DNA from: a virus
Lineage: Duplodnaviria; Caudoviricetes
Length of the DNA stretch: 64,000 nucleotides
Direction: 5' to 3' (one strand)
IMG/VR virus record: IMGVR_UViG_3300032007_001727
The notes beneath the pieces were generated by a model, which was not told the DNA's origin, did not search any database, and saw nothing but the letters and a program-made list of their open reading frames with translations. The translations under genes and the position numbers were made by a program. Each line of letters begins with the position of its first letter. Position 1 is the stretch's first letter. Shown piece by piece: positions 42,712-51,692 of the stretch.

Positions 42712-43320
42712 CATAGAAGTTGACCCACAATAATTTATTAGAAAAAGTATGTATAGAATATGAATAAAAAACTTATAAGATTAACAGAAAGTGACCTTCA
42801 TAGTATCGTTAGAAAAGCGGTAAACAAAATCATTAGAGAATCACGAGGATATGTTCCTCATGATGGAAACGGAATGGTTGGAGGTTCTTGGGGTAGTAGA
42901 ACATTATCTGCCACATATTATTTATACAAATATATAGATGATGCTTTATATTATGCCGGTGCATTTGAAAATGAAGAAGAAGGCAACAAAATTGATGAAT
43001 TTATTAAACGTTGTGATTCAAAAGGCATTTTCAATGTAAAAGTAGATGTTGTAGAATCGTATGACAATTCAGTTGGAATTGATTATGATGCAGAAATAGA
43101 AAATATTGATTATGATGCAATTGATAGGGCTGAAGAGGTACTAAAAAATTTACCAACAAAAAATCTAAAATTCAAGAATGCGGCTTTGAATGGCCTTAAA
43201 ACAGGAGTTGATAGACTTGAATCAGATGAATCAGTTATCGAAGATTTAGATATTGATTATGACGAATACTAGTATTAGTAAAACATTTTGGGTCAACTTC
43301 TATGTTATTGCCTAATAATT
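42696..43320. mobile_element. Non-autonomous IR-bounded gene cassette (IS1595-like ends) with 8-bp target-site duplication
   Basis: TAATAATT (42696-42703) + IR GGCAATAACATAGAAGTTGACCCA (42704-42727) ... TGGGTCAACTTCTATGTTATTGCC (43289-43312) + TAATAATT (43313-43320); no transposase inside. Confidence 0.9.
42760..43272 (+). CDS. IRLTESDLH-leader acidic protein, passenger of the cassette
   Basis: MNKKLIRLTESDLHSIVRKAVNKIIRES; the only ORF between the IRs. Confidence 0.8.
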   Translation: MNKKLIRLTESDLHSIVRKAVNKIIRESRGYVPHDGNGMVGGSWGSRTLSATYYLYKYIDDALYYAGAFENEEEGNKIDEFIKRCDSKGIFNVKVDVVESYDNSVGIDYDAEIENIDYDAIDRAEEVLKNLPTKNLKFKNAALNGLKTGVDRLESDESVIEDLDIDYDEY

Positions 43321-43478
43321 TCCCTTTAACTTAACTATTTTTGTTGTTTTTCACAAAAAATTGAAAGTATTCTACTATTTATTATTAAAAATAACATAAT
43401 AATTTTTCAACACTGTGAAAGGTGGGAAGTTCGTGTTCCCATAACAGTATTGGACTTAAAAGAAAAGATTATTAAACA

Positions 43479-44297
43479 ATGGAAGTAATTAAGATTAATG
43501 TCGGTGAACTCAGAAAGGTTATTTCTGAGGCTTCTGAATTTAAACCGGTGATGTTTGGTCACGAGGAAAGTAAGAAGATTAACGATAAGTCATATGCTGA
43601 TACAACAAAGGAGACTAGCAAGTATGACGGAGGTCTTTCCAAGCCATCAAAGAAACTTGGTGGCGGTATTTCTGCAACCGATAACAGAGGTATGCACGAT
43701 TTGGAATTTGACAATATAAACAAGCCATATAAGGACAAAGTAAAATCCCAAATGAAGGGATATGTGTCCAAGGATGCGGAAGACAAGCACAAGAATGATG
43801 AGTTCGGAAATGCAACCTTTGACAATGAAGGAAATATCTACAAGGCCGCAAAGGAGCATGCAAAGGCAGTAAAGCAAGGTAAAGACACTGCCGCAGAAAT
43901 GGGGTTAACCGGCCGTGAACTTAATAAAAATGACATTGAAAAAAATACAGAGACAATGGAAGAATCCAAGAAGATAAAAATGTTGTCCTTCAAGAATACC
44001 AAATTTATTTCTGAGGGTCACATGATTTCGATGATACCGGATGAATACAAGACAGAAGGTCGCAAGTTCATAATGAAAGACAGCGCTAGCAACGAGTACC
44101 TTGTGGAATGGACCGACAAGGAACCAAATGTTAAGAAGAAAATCAATATGAACTTGGTGAATGAGGAGAAGAATAGGATAAAGGAACTTTGGGGATACAA
44201 GAGTCCGGAGGCAAACACATCAACTTCTAAATTCAGACTTAAGGAGGACAAGGATTTTGTCAATATGATTAATAAGGCAAGAAAACTTATGGACTAA
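43479..44297 (+). CDS. Hypothetical protein (possible head-associated protein)
   Basis: MEVIKINVGELRKVISE leader-like start; CTATTTAT motif upstream. Confidence 0.55.
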   Translation: MEVIKINVGELRKVISEASEFKPVMFGHEESKKINDKSYADTTKETSKYDGGLSKPSKKLGGGISATDNRGMHDLEFDNINKPYKDKVKSQMKGYVSKDAEDKHKNDEFGNATFDNEGNIYKAAKEHAKAVKQGKDTAAEMGLTGRELNKNDIEKNTETMEESKKIKMLSFKNTKFISEGHMISMIPDEYKTEGRKFIMKDSASNEYLVEWTDKEPNVKKKINMNLVNEEKNRIKELWGYKSPEANTSTSKFRLKEDKDFVNMINKARKLMD

Positions 44298-44322
44298 TTT
44301 TGCGGGGGTAAGAGAAAAAGAA

Positions 44323-45096
44323 ATGGAAAAGAATGACATAAACATTAATATCAATTCTACTGAAAAAAAAGAACCCATTTATACCCACACACTAAAGTTG
44401 TTCACAAAAACTATTGCTGAAGCAAAATGGTCAAAGATTTTAAAAGTTTATTTCGTTGCGTTTTTCTCTATTGCTACATTATTGGGTGCATATTATGCGT
44501 ATAGGGTCGTAAGTGATGCAGAATTGTTGAGGATTGCTACTAATAGAATGTCTAGTAGCACGGAAGGAGAGGATATTAGGGACTTTGTAGTCACACCAAA
44601 GATTCAGCATGAGTTGGAGATTTTGGTTTATACTTTGAACGCTGAGAGAGCGTTTATATTTGAATTACATAATGGAAAGAAAAACACTAGCGGTCTTCCG
44701 TTCCGGTTTGCCGACATGACATATGAGGTCGTTAACGATGAAAAGAAGGTAGACAAGGTTGCAATGCAATTCCAAGACATACCTCTTACATTGTATAAAT
44801 ATCCTCATTATCTTCAGAAACAGAAGACAATGATTGGTACCGTAGAGGAAATTGAAAACGTGGACGAAGACTATGCCGGTCATATAAAGGACATTGGCGG
44901 GAAATATCTAGGAATGACCTATATGAGCAGTGACGGGACCCCGATAGGGTTCTTGTGTGTGTCATATCATGACTTAAATGGTGTTCCGTCAAAGGACCTA
45001 ATCAATCAGAAGTTAAGCGAATATAGCAAGATGCTTACATCGTTGTTAGATTTGCGGACACATGCAGAAAAAAAACTCCTTAAACAAAATGATTAA
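44323..45096 (+). CDS. Putative holin with one TM helix and a periplasmic GAF-like domain (T4 T-like architecture)
   Basis: Single TM helix followed by ERAFIFELHNG...DMTYE...PIGFLCVSY. Confidence 0.45.
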   Translation: MEKNDINININSTEKKEPIYTHTLKLFTKTIAEAKWSKILKVYFVAFFSIATLLGAYYAYRVVSDAELLRIATNRMSSSTEGEDIRDFVVTPKIQHELEILVYTLNAERAFIFELHNGKKNTSGLPFRFADMTYEVVNDEKKVDKVAMQFQDIPLTLYKYPHYLQKQKTMIGTVEEIENVDEDYAGHIKDIGGKYLGMTYMSSDGTPIGFLCVSYHDLNGVPSKDLINQKLSEYSKMLTSLLDLRTHAEKKLLKQND

Positions 45097-45757
45097 AGAA
45101 AAATGTTTCCATTATGTGTTGGTATTGTTCCTAATCACCACCGCGTTGTTGGCATTCACCCACTATCAAGTCAATAAGTCAAGGAAGTTAATTGATGAAA
45201 TTGAATTCGTGGACAGTCTGAATCACTACAACAAAATCTACTATGAGAATTCATTCAAGAAACTCAAGAAGGAAAATGAACAACTGTATGACTCCTTGAA
45301 AGTGTATAAGGATAAGATTTCATATCTTATTGAATTTACACACAAGAAGACATATAAGGTCGATACGGTGTTCATAAACAAGGAGTACCGTGATACTATA
45401 TTCACTGACAAGCCACTAGTGTCCAATACATTTGAATACAAGGGCGAACCCAATGATACTTTTCAATATAAACTTCTGATTAATTCACACACGGAGCCTA
45501 ATTGGTATTCATTGGAGACATCGGTCAAGAATAAATTCACCATAGTGAACAAGGAAGACGGAAACGGTATGAACCAAATCACCATAGGTTCCGGAAACGG
45601 AGGTGACATAAGCGACGTGACCGTATTCAAGAAGAAACGCTCGAATTGGAACAGAATTTCAGTCGGTCCTGCCGTAACAGCGGGGTATGACCCACTAAAC
45701 AACAAGTTCGGTGTCATGGTCGGCGTAGCGGCCTCATACAATTTATTGAAAAATTAA
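45089..45757 (+). CDS. Putative spanin-like membrane protein
   Basis: N-terminal TM, coiled coil, DTVF/DTIF repeats and C-terminal amphipathic beta hairpin GPAVTAGY...GVAASYNL. Confidence 0.4.
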   Translation: MIKEKCFHYVLVLFLITTALLAFTHYQVNKSRKLIDEIEFVDSLNHYNKIYYENSFKKLKKENEQLYDSLKVYKDKISYLIEFTHKKTYKVDTVFINKEYRDTIFTDKPLVSNTFEYKGEPNDTFQYKLLINSHTEPNWYSLETSVKNKFTIVNKEDGNGMNQITIGSGNGGDISDVTVFKKKRSNWNRISVGPAVTAGYDPLNNKFGVMVGVAASYNLLKN

Positions 45758-45763
45758 GTGAAA

Positions 45764-45799
45764 AAAAGTTTGACAACTATTTAATTTTGTCAAACTTTT
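45764..45799 (+). terminator. Hairpin / putative terminator
   Basis: AAAAGTTTGACAA-CTATTTAATT-TTGTCAAACTTTT. Confidence 0.55.
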
Positions 45800-45819
45800 A
45801 TTATTTTTTATAAAAACAA

Positions 45820-46020
45820 ATGGTTATGATTTCAACAATATTATTGCAAATAAAAGTTTTTTTATTTATAATGGCAATGTTTGCCGTTGCAGCGGGCATT
45901 CTGCATGCCGTTATCGTATTTGCCCTTAAGGAAGGCAAATTATTCGCGTCAGAAAGAGGAACTATTATATTCTTGGCTTCTCTTGCATACATAATAACAA
46001 TGTTAGTCTGTGGGTTTTAA
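45820..46020 (+). CDS. Small two-TM membrane protein
   Basis: 66 aa with two hydrophobic helices. Confidence 0.6.
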   Translation: MVMISTILLQIKVFLFIMAMFAVAAGILHAVIVFALKEGKLFASERGTIIFLASLAYIITMLVCGF

Positions 46021-46499
46021 TGGGTATGGTATCTTTGGAAAGTAGAATGAATGACATGAAACCTTACTTCAGAGGCATTGAAATGTATAATGATGCCATT
46101 ATGGTAAAGGTTTCCTTCCCAAATAATTGGAAAGTATATCCTAGTGATGATGAGAGGATTAAGACAACAAAGTCGGATGACGGTTTGCTGACATATTATT
46201 ATGCGGACTCCAACAACACGTCATATGATGAAATGTTTGACTTAATAGAAGGAACAATCAAGTCAAACCAAGACATTATATTGAAACTTAAGTTGCTAAA
46301 GGATAAGGTTGAGGAACTTAAGGAGTTGTTCTCAAACAGCACCTATGAGGAACTTCTTGGGCTAGAGTTTGTGTTGAATAAGCAGCAGAAGCCAAAAAAG
46401 ACCAAGAAAGCCACCAATAGAAAGAAGAATAAGAATTCTGAGGATGAGAAGGCTGCGGAAGAAGCGGTTAATAATAACTCTGAGGAAAAGGTAGATTAA
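46020..46499 (+). CDS. Hypothetical protein
   Basis: LLKDKVEELKELF coiled coil; TAATG overlap. Confidence 0.65.
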   Translation: MGMVSLESRMNDMKPYFRGIEMYNDAIMVKVSFPNNWKVYPSDDERIKTTKSDDGLLTYYYADSNNTSYDEMFDLIEGTIKSNQDIILKLKLLKDKVEELKELFSNSTYEELLGLEFVLNKQQKPKKTKKATNRKKNKNSEDEKAAEEAVNNNSEEKVD

Positions 46500-46501
46500 A
46501 A

Positions 46502-46858
46502 ATGGCGTTACAGATTTTCATATATATATGTTTTGCCTATGGACTAAGCAACTTGCTTGTCTATGGCATGGGTCCGTATGACTTTTTGGATTGGATTAGG
46601 AAGATGGCGAAGAAGTTATTCGGAAGGTGGGGTGAAATGTTAGACTGTATGATGTGCACGTCTGCCAATATAGGAATGGTTGCATCTTTATTGAATTATT
46701 TCTTTGTTAACATACCGCTGACACCAATGATGATTCTATACAGTAATACGCTTCCATGGTATGTTATAGCATTCTGTGACTTGTGTATTACAAGTGGTAT
46801 CGTTTGGTTAATAAATACCTTGCAAGAGGCGTTGGAGAGACTAGGAAACAATGGATAA
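46502..46858 (+). CDS. DUF1360-like membrane protein
   Basis: Three TM helices with a CMMCTS motif. Confidence 0.5.
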   Translation: MALQIFIYICFAYGLSNLLVYGMGPYDFLDWIRKMAKKLFGRWGEMLDCMMCTSANIGMVASLLNYFFVNIPLTPMMILYSNTLPWYVIAFCDLCITSGIVWLINTLQEALERLGNNG

Positions 46859-47078
46859 GGCACTTAATAGAGAAATACAGACTCTTCATAGTGAAAAACG
46901 GATGGACGAGTTGGCACTGAAGGGTCAGCAATTCCAAATATCGCAGATGCTGAACGGTTCGATGGGAAAGGACATGCTAGAAGTGCTTAACGGTGAAAAG
47001 ACCGTTGAACTGAGCACCGGCGGAAAAATAAGGAACTTTTTAAGGAGGATGTTATGGAATTTAGGTTTGGTACGATAA
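46851..47078 (+). CDS. Hypothetical protein
   Basis: 75 aa; overlapping operon. Confidence 0.55.
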   Translation: MDKALNREIQTLHSEKRMDELALKGQQFQISQMLNGSMGKDMLEVLNGEKTVELSTGGKIRNFLRRMLWNLGLVR

Positions 47079-47308
47079 GTATTGTTGAATTGGGCAATAG
47101 TATTTCAAATAAGTTAAAGGAAGACGGAATAACAAACAAATCTGAACTGATAGTCTACTTGTCCGACAATGAATTCAGAAAGGTTGACGAGGACTTGTAT
47201 TACAGAAACAGAAAGGATGATTCAGACGAATTTGTTCCGTCCGACAATGAAATCATAGTCAATTTTGAAATGGTCAAGATTATTGTCAAAAAAGAAGAGC
47301 GAGAATGA
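47054..47308 (+). CDS. Hypothetical protein
   Basis: 84 aa; ends at terminator. Confidence 0.55.
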   Translation: MEFRFGTISIVELGNSISNKLKEDGITNKSELIVYLSDNEFRKVDEDLYYRNRKDDSDEFVPSDNEIIVNFEMVKIIVKKEERE

Positions 47309-47322
47309 CTCTCGCTCTTTTT
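47295..47322. terminator. Bidirectional terminator
   Basis: AAGAGCGAGA-ATGAC-TCTCGCTCTT then a T run. Confidence 0.7.
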
Positions 47323-47325
47323 ATA

Positions 47326-49635
47326 TTATGTAGTCTTTGTCCAATTGTATTTACCTAGGTAATAGTTTCCTAGTCCCATCCAAACATCATATCCACTGTT
47401 ACCGCTTGGTACTGTCAGTGTACCGCCGGTCTTAACATTTTGGAACGTGGTGCTTGTTATTGTGGGTGCAACGACTGCCCTTGAGTTAATGCTAGCCAAT
47501 TTTGAGCAATAATTGAATGCACCGGCACCGATGCTTGTAACACTTGAGCCAATTGTAACGGAGGTCAGATTACTATTATAGTAGAAAGCATTGGTTCCGA
47601 TATATGTAACGCTGTCCGGGATTGTAACGCTGCTCAACTTAGAGCATGACGCAAATGCTAAATCATTTATACTTGTAACGGAGTTAGGGATTGTTATTGC
47701 ACTTATTTGTTGGCTAGAATATGAATTTTCCCCTATTATTTGTATCGTGGACGGCAGTACAGTGTTCACAGAGCACCGCATTGTCTTATTCGTACTAGTC
47801 TCAACAATTGCGTTACAGTTATTCCTTGAGTCATATACAGTATTTGCAGCATCAACCGTTATACTTGTAAACCCACTACAATTTCTGAACGAATCCGTTT
47901 CTATTAAAGTTACTGTCCTAGGAATATTTATCGATGTCAATTTGCCGCACAATTCGAATGCCCTCTTTCCAATTGAAACCAAACTATTCGACATGTTTAT
48001 AGTTTGAAGTTTTGAACAATTCGAGAAACTAGTTTCTTCAATATATTTAACCGTATCCGGTATTGTACACGAAGTTAAGTTTGTACATCCGCTGAAGGTT
48101 GATTTTTTAATTGTATCAATTTCCGCATAGACTTTAACATTTGTTAATCCGGAACAGTTGGCGAAAGCACTAGTACCAATTGACTGTACACTGTTTGGTA
48201 TTGTAACTGAAGTTAAACCCGAACAGTTCCAAAAACAATTATTACCTATGGATAGCACACTTGACGGTATTACTACTGATGTTAGTTTACTGCAATATTC
48301 AAATGCTCTGTCACCAATACTCTTTACTGAGTTACCGATTGTCACACTAGTTATATTCCTTGTGGTAGAGAACATACTCCCGGAAATGCCGGACAGACTA
48401 TTTCCAAGCACAACACTAGTAAGTCCGGTACAATTATAGAAGATGCCACTTTCAATTGTTGTAACACTATCCGGTATTATCATGCTCGTTAAAGAAGTGC
48501 AGTTAGTGAAAACAGAACTAGCCATTCTTGTGACGCTATTTGGGATAGTTACACTAGTTAAACTAGAACAACCCATAAAAGCACCGGTATTAATCACGGC
48601 AACTTTATTTCCAATGGTTAGAGACGTTAGGCTAGTACATCCGCTTAAAGCACCTTGACCAATATTAGTAACGTTGTTTGGTATTATTATCTTTGTTAAA
48701 CTAGTACAATTGCTTAAAGCATTCATACCAATGTCGGTTACAGTATTCGGGATTGTTATTCCGGCCAAATTAGAACATTGGCAATATGTATTCGATAGTA
48801 TAGCCGTAACACCACTTGGTATGTTTGTGCTTGAAAGCGACGTACATCCACTGAATGCATTATATCCAATATATTTAACCGTACTAGGTATTGTTGCGCT
48901 TGTAAGACTAGTACATCCGGCAAATACCCCACCACCCAACGATACCGTACCTTCTTTAAACGATATTGATGAGATTGACTTATCAACACACTCGAACGCT
49001 ATATTATTTATATATATGACGTTATTGAACCTATGTGTCGTATCAGCAGAATAAGTTGTCCACCAAGGTACATTGTAAAACGAACCCGGGTTGATGACAG
49101 TAACAGTGTCCGGAATCGTTACGTTGGTTAAACTTGTACAATTTACAAATGCACTTTCGCCTATGGCCTCCAAACCAACCGGAAGCGTCACGCTAGACAA
49201 ACTAGTGCATCCGCTGAAACAGCATGGGTCAAGCGTGTTTATTTTACCCTTGAATTCAATTTCCCTTAATTTCGTACAACCACCGAAAACAGAATACGGT
49301 ATTTTTTCTAGATTACAGTATAGGACAAGTTTTTCTAAGTTTGTATAAGTCTCAAACTGCATACTTAAAAAACTAGTACACAATGTACCAACCTCCATTT
49401 TCACGATTGTACTCTTGTATTGTAGTATCTCCGAACGTATTTTGGTTGTCATATTGCCCATTCCCTCAATTTCAACGATTGAATCGTCTGAAAGAGTCAG
49501 TCTAACGAAGAATGCCGGTGTGTAATGGAAATCCGTCAGTTCATCACACACATAAAGACCAACTTCGTTGTACTCGTCACTGTTCAAGAAGTTTTCATAT
49601 TCTGTCTTGGTTGCAAATCTTTTAATGTATTTCAT
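47326..49635 (-). CDS. BspA-type LRR protein
   Basis: More than 20 TpLRR repeats; MKYIKRFAT N-terminus; shares FFVxLT and C-terminal KTGGTLT..YYLGxYNWTK with 27850. Confidence 0.85.
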   Translation of the reverse strand: MKYIKRFATKTEYENFLNSDEYNEVGLYVCDELTDFHYTPAFFVRLTLSDDSIVEIEGMGNMTTKIRSEILQYKSTIVKMEVGTLCTSFLSMQFETYTNLEKLVLYCNLEKIPYSVFGGCTKLREIEFKGKINTLDPCCFSGCTSLSSVTLPVGLEAIGESAFVNCTSLTNVTIPDTVTVINPGSFYNVPWWTTYSADTTHRFNNVIYINNIAFECVDKSISSISFKEGTVSLGGGVFAGCTSLTSATIPSTVKYIGYNAFSGCTSLSSTNIPSGVTAILSNTYCQCSNLAGITIPNTVTDIGMNALSNCTSLTKIIIPNNVTNIGQGALSGCTSLTSLTIGNKVAVINTGAFMGCSSLTSVTIPNSVTRMASSVFTNCTSLTSMIIPDSVTTIESGIFYNCTGLTSVVLGNSLSGISGSMFSTTRNITSVTIGNSVKSIGDRAFEYCSKLTSVVIPSSVLSIGNNCFWNCSGLTSVTIPNSVQSIGTSAFANCSGLTNVKVYAEIDTIKKSTFSGCTNLTSCTIPDTVKYIEETSFSNCSKLQTINMSNSLVSIGKRAFELCGKLTSINIPRTVTLIETDSFRNCSGFTSITVDAANTVYDSRNNCNAIVETSTNKTMRCSVNTVLPSTIQIIGENSYSSQQISAITIPNSVTSINDLAFASCSKLSSVTIPDSVTYIGTNAFYYNSNLTSVTIGSSVTSIGAGAFNYCSKLASINSRAVVAPTITSTTFQNVKTGGTLTVPSGNSGYDVWMGLGNYYLGKYNWTKTT

Positions 49636-49653
49636 AGTTTTTTTTAATTTTTT

Positions 49654-50346
49654 TTACGGTCTAGTGTTGTCTCTTTTTATTTTTGAGAGCGTCCAATTTG
49701 TTAATTTCTGTATTTTCTCCACAGTCTGATTTCTCGTGTTAATGTTCTCAAAGGCATCACCCAAGAAAGCGACATATTTCATTTTCTTCTCCACGCACCT
49801 TTTCTCACATAGGTTATAGAACCTCCTAGCGTCATCTTTATTCTTGCATATTACCATATTCAGTTCTCCGTTGCAATCTATCAGAATCTTGTTCTTATAT
49901 AACTGTACGGTCTTGAACATATATTTGTTCTTATGGTCTTTTGCAATCATATTGTCAAATACCCAATCAAAGGTTTTCCTTTGGAGTTTCGGGTGATACC
50001 CGTAAACCCAAAATGTTTCCTCGACGTTGAAACTTGCCCTATCCACTATAATCCAATCATCGTCTGATGATTCATAGTTTACAAACCTTCCGTATTCATC
50101 CCTAATCTTGTTTATGGAACTGTCACCGTCTTGTTTGCATTTTATTATCACAATCTCATATTCTGCCTTTATCATATGATGATAGTGATTATTATACTCC
50201 ATAGGGAACGATACCTTATTGCTTTCCTTTATTAACTCTCTGAACTTCTTATATATGCCTTTTTCAGTCCTTTCACTGCACAGCGTCTTTAATTGTTTCC
50301 CATGATTAATGAGAACAATCACGTATATCTTGACCTTATTTTTCAT
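49654..50346 (-). CDS. Hypothetical protein
   Basis: Likely start MKNKVK at 50346, downstream of GATATTTAT (minus strand, 50379-50387); EETFWVYG motif. Confidence 0.6.
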   Translation of the reverse strand: MKNKVKIYVIVLINHGKQLKTLCSERTEKGIYKKFRELIKESNKVSFPMEYNNHYHHMIKAEYEIVIIKCKQDGDSSINKIRDEYGRFVNYESSDDDWIIVDRASFNVEETFWVYGYHPKLQRKTFDWVFDNMIAKDHKNKYMFKTVQLYKNKILIDCNGELNMVICKNKDDARRFYNLCEKRCVEKKMKYVAFLGDAFENINTRNQTVEKIQKLTNWTLSKIKRDNTRP

Positions 50347-50395
50347 AACATTTGGAAATTTTGCAAAACATTCATCCAATAAATATCTCCAAAAT

Positions 50396-50429
50396 CTTGT
50401 TTTTTTAACATTTTTTATATATCTTTGCA
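50396..50429 (+). promoter_or_regulatory. Bacteroidota-type promoter (conserved 34-bp copy)
   Basis: CTTGTTTTTTTAACATTTTTTATATATCTTTGCA. Confidence 0.7.
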
Positions 50430-50460
50430 CAAATAAGATTCTTAAAAAACAAATTAAACT

Positions 50461-50934
50461 ATGAAATATTTTGATACAAGTGCCGACATTGCTGAAATGG
50501 CACAAGAGAAATTCGGTGATACCTCTTTGCAGCATATGGGTATCAACCTAAACCTAATCTCAATAAAGAAGAGCAAGAATATTCTTAAGATTAGCAAAAC
50601 GAATGAAATCCTAAAACACCTTACGGATAAGGATTTGGTATTGACGGTCTACGAGGAAGCATTTGACCGTTTGCCGGATGAAATGAAATGGATTCTGTTG
50701 GAGGGATGCTTGTCAAACGTATCATATGACACGGAGAAGGATAAACTCAACGTGGAATCCGACATTGCAAAGGAAATCTTCAGAATGAGGAAGAAGTATG
50801 CCAACTATGTCGATATGTTGGAAACCGCATATCTTACGGTTCTCACCATTGAAGAGGAAGAAAAGCAAAGGAAGGAAGAGGAAAAACAGAGAAAGGCTGA
50901 GGAAAAGGCCGCAAAGAGAAGAAATAACGGATAA
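50461..50934 (+). CDS. Hypothetical protein (phage metallopeptidase-like fold, HExxH not intact)
   Basis: DLVLTVYEEAFDRL...LLEGCL pattern. Confidence 0.4.
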   Translation: MKYFDTSADIAEMAQEKFGDTSLQHMGINLNLISIKKSKNILKISKTNEILKHLTDKDLVLTVYEEAFDRLPDEMKWILLEGCLSNVSYDTEKDKLNVESDIAKEIFRMRKKYANYVDMLETAYLTVLTIEEEEKQRKEEEKQRKAEEKAAKRRNNG

Positions 50935-50951
50935 TAATACATAATAGGACT

Positions 50952-51656
50952 ATGAGTAATGTAAACAACAAATGGATAAATCTATGCTTTATCATAGATG
51001 CTAGCGGCAGTATGTATTCCTCAAGGGAAGATGTTATTGGCGGCTTCAAAAAGGTTATTGATGAGCAGAAGGCCATCAAGGACGGAAAGGCTACAGTATC
51101 ACTGTACACATTCAATGATACCGTTACGGAGAAATATATCGGAGTGGATGTCAATGATATAGAGAAGTTTGAGTATGATGCCTCCGGACTCACTGCAATG
51201 AATGACGGAATAGGTATCGCAATAACTAACATGGGGAAATGGCTCTATGAAAGAGACAAGAACAATGAGGAAATGCCCAGCAAGACACTTGTGGTTGTAA
51301 TGACGGACGGAATGGAGAATTCATCCAAGGAATACACGCTTGAGCGAGTTAGGGAAATGATTAAGGAACAGAGTGAGAAGTATTCTTGGGAATTCATCTA
51401 CATGGGAAGTGACATCACGACCTCGAATGCTGCCGATGAACTAGGCTTCAAATTCAAGACCTACGGTTCAAAGAAATCACTTTTTAAGAACTATAACATA
51501 ATAAATACCGTCACATCCTCATACAGAGCATCTGCAAATGCCGGTACCCCAATCAACACACTGAATGAGTCTCTTGCAATGATGCTAGAGGAAGAGGCGG
51601 AAGCCAATACGAAGGAATATGAAAGTGAAATCGGTAGAAAAATCACCTCTGTCTAA
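50952..51656 (+). CDS. von Willebrand factor A domain protein
   Basis: MIDAS motif FIIDASGSM; GLTAMNDGIG; VMTDGMENSS; WEFIYMG. Confidence 0.85.
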   Translation: MSNVNNKWINLCFIIDASGSMYSSREDVIGGFKKVIDEQKAIKDGKATVSLYTFNDTVTEKYIGVDVNDIEKFEYDASGLTAMNDGIGIAITNMGKWLYERDKNNEEMPSKTLVVVMTDGMENSSKEYTLERVREMIKEQSEKYSWEFIYMGSDITTSNAADELGFKFKTYGSKKSLFKNYNIINTVTSSYRASANAGTPINTLNESLAMMLEEEAEANTKEYESEIGRKITSV

Positions 51657-51692
51657 AATAAAGATAGGTGAAGAAGCCAAAGGAATATTAGG

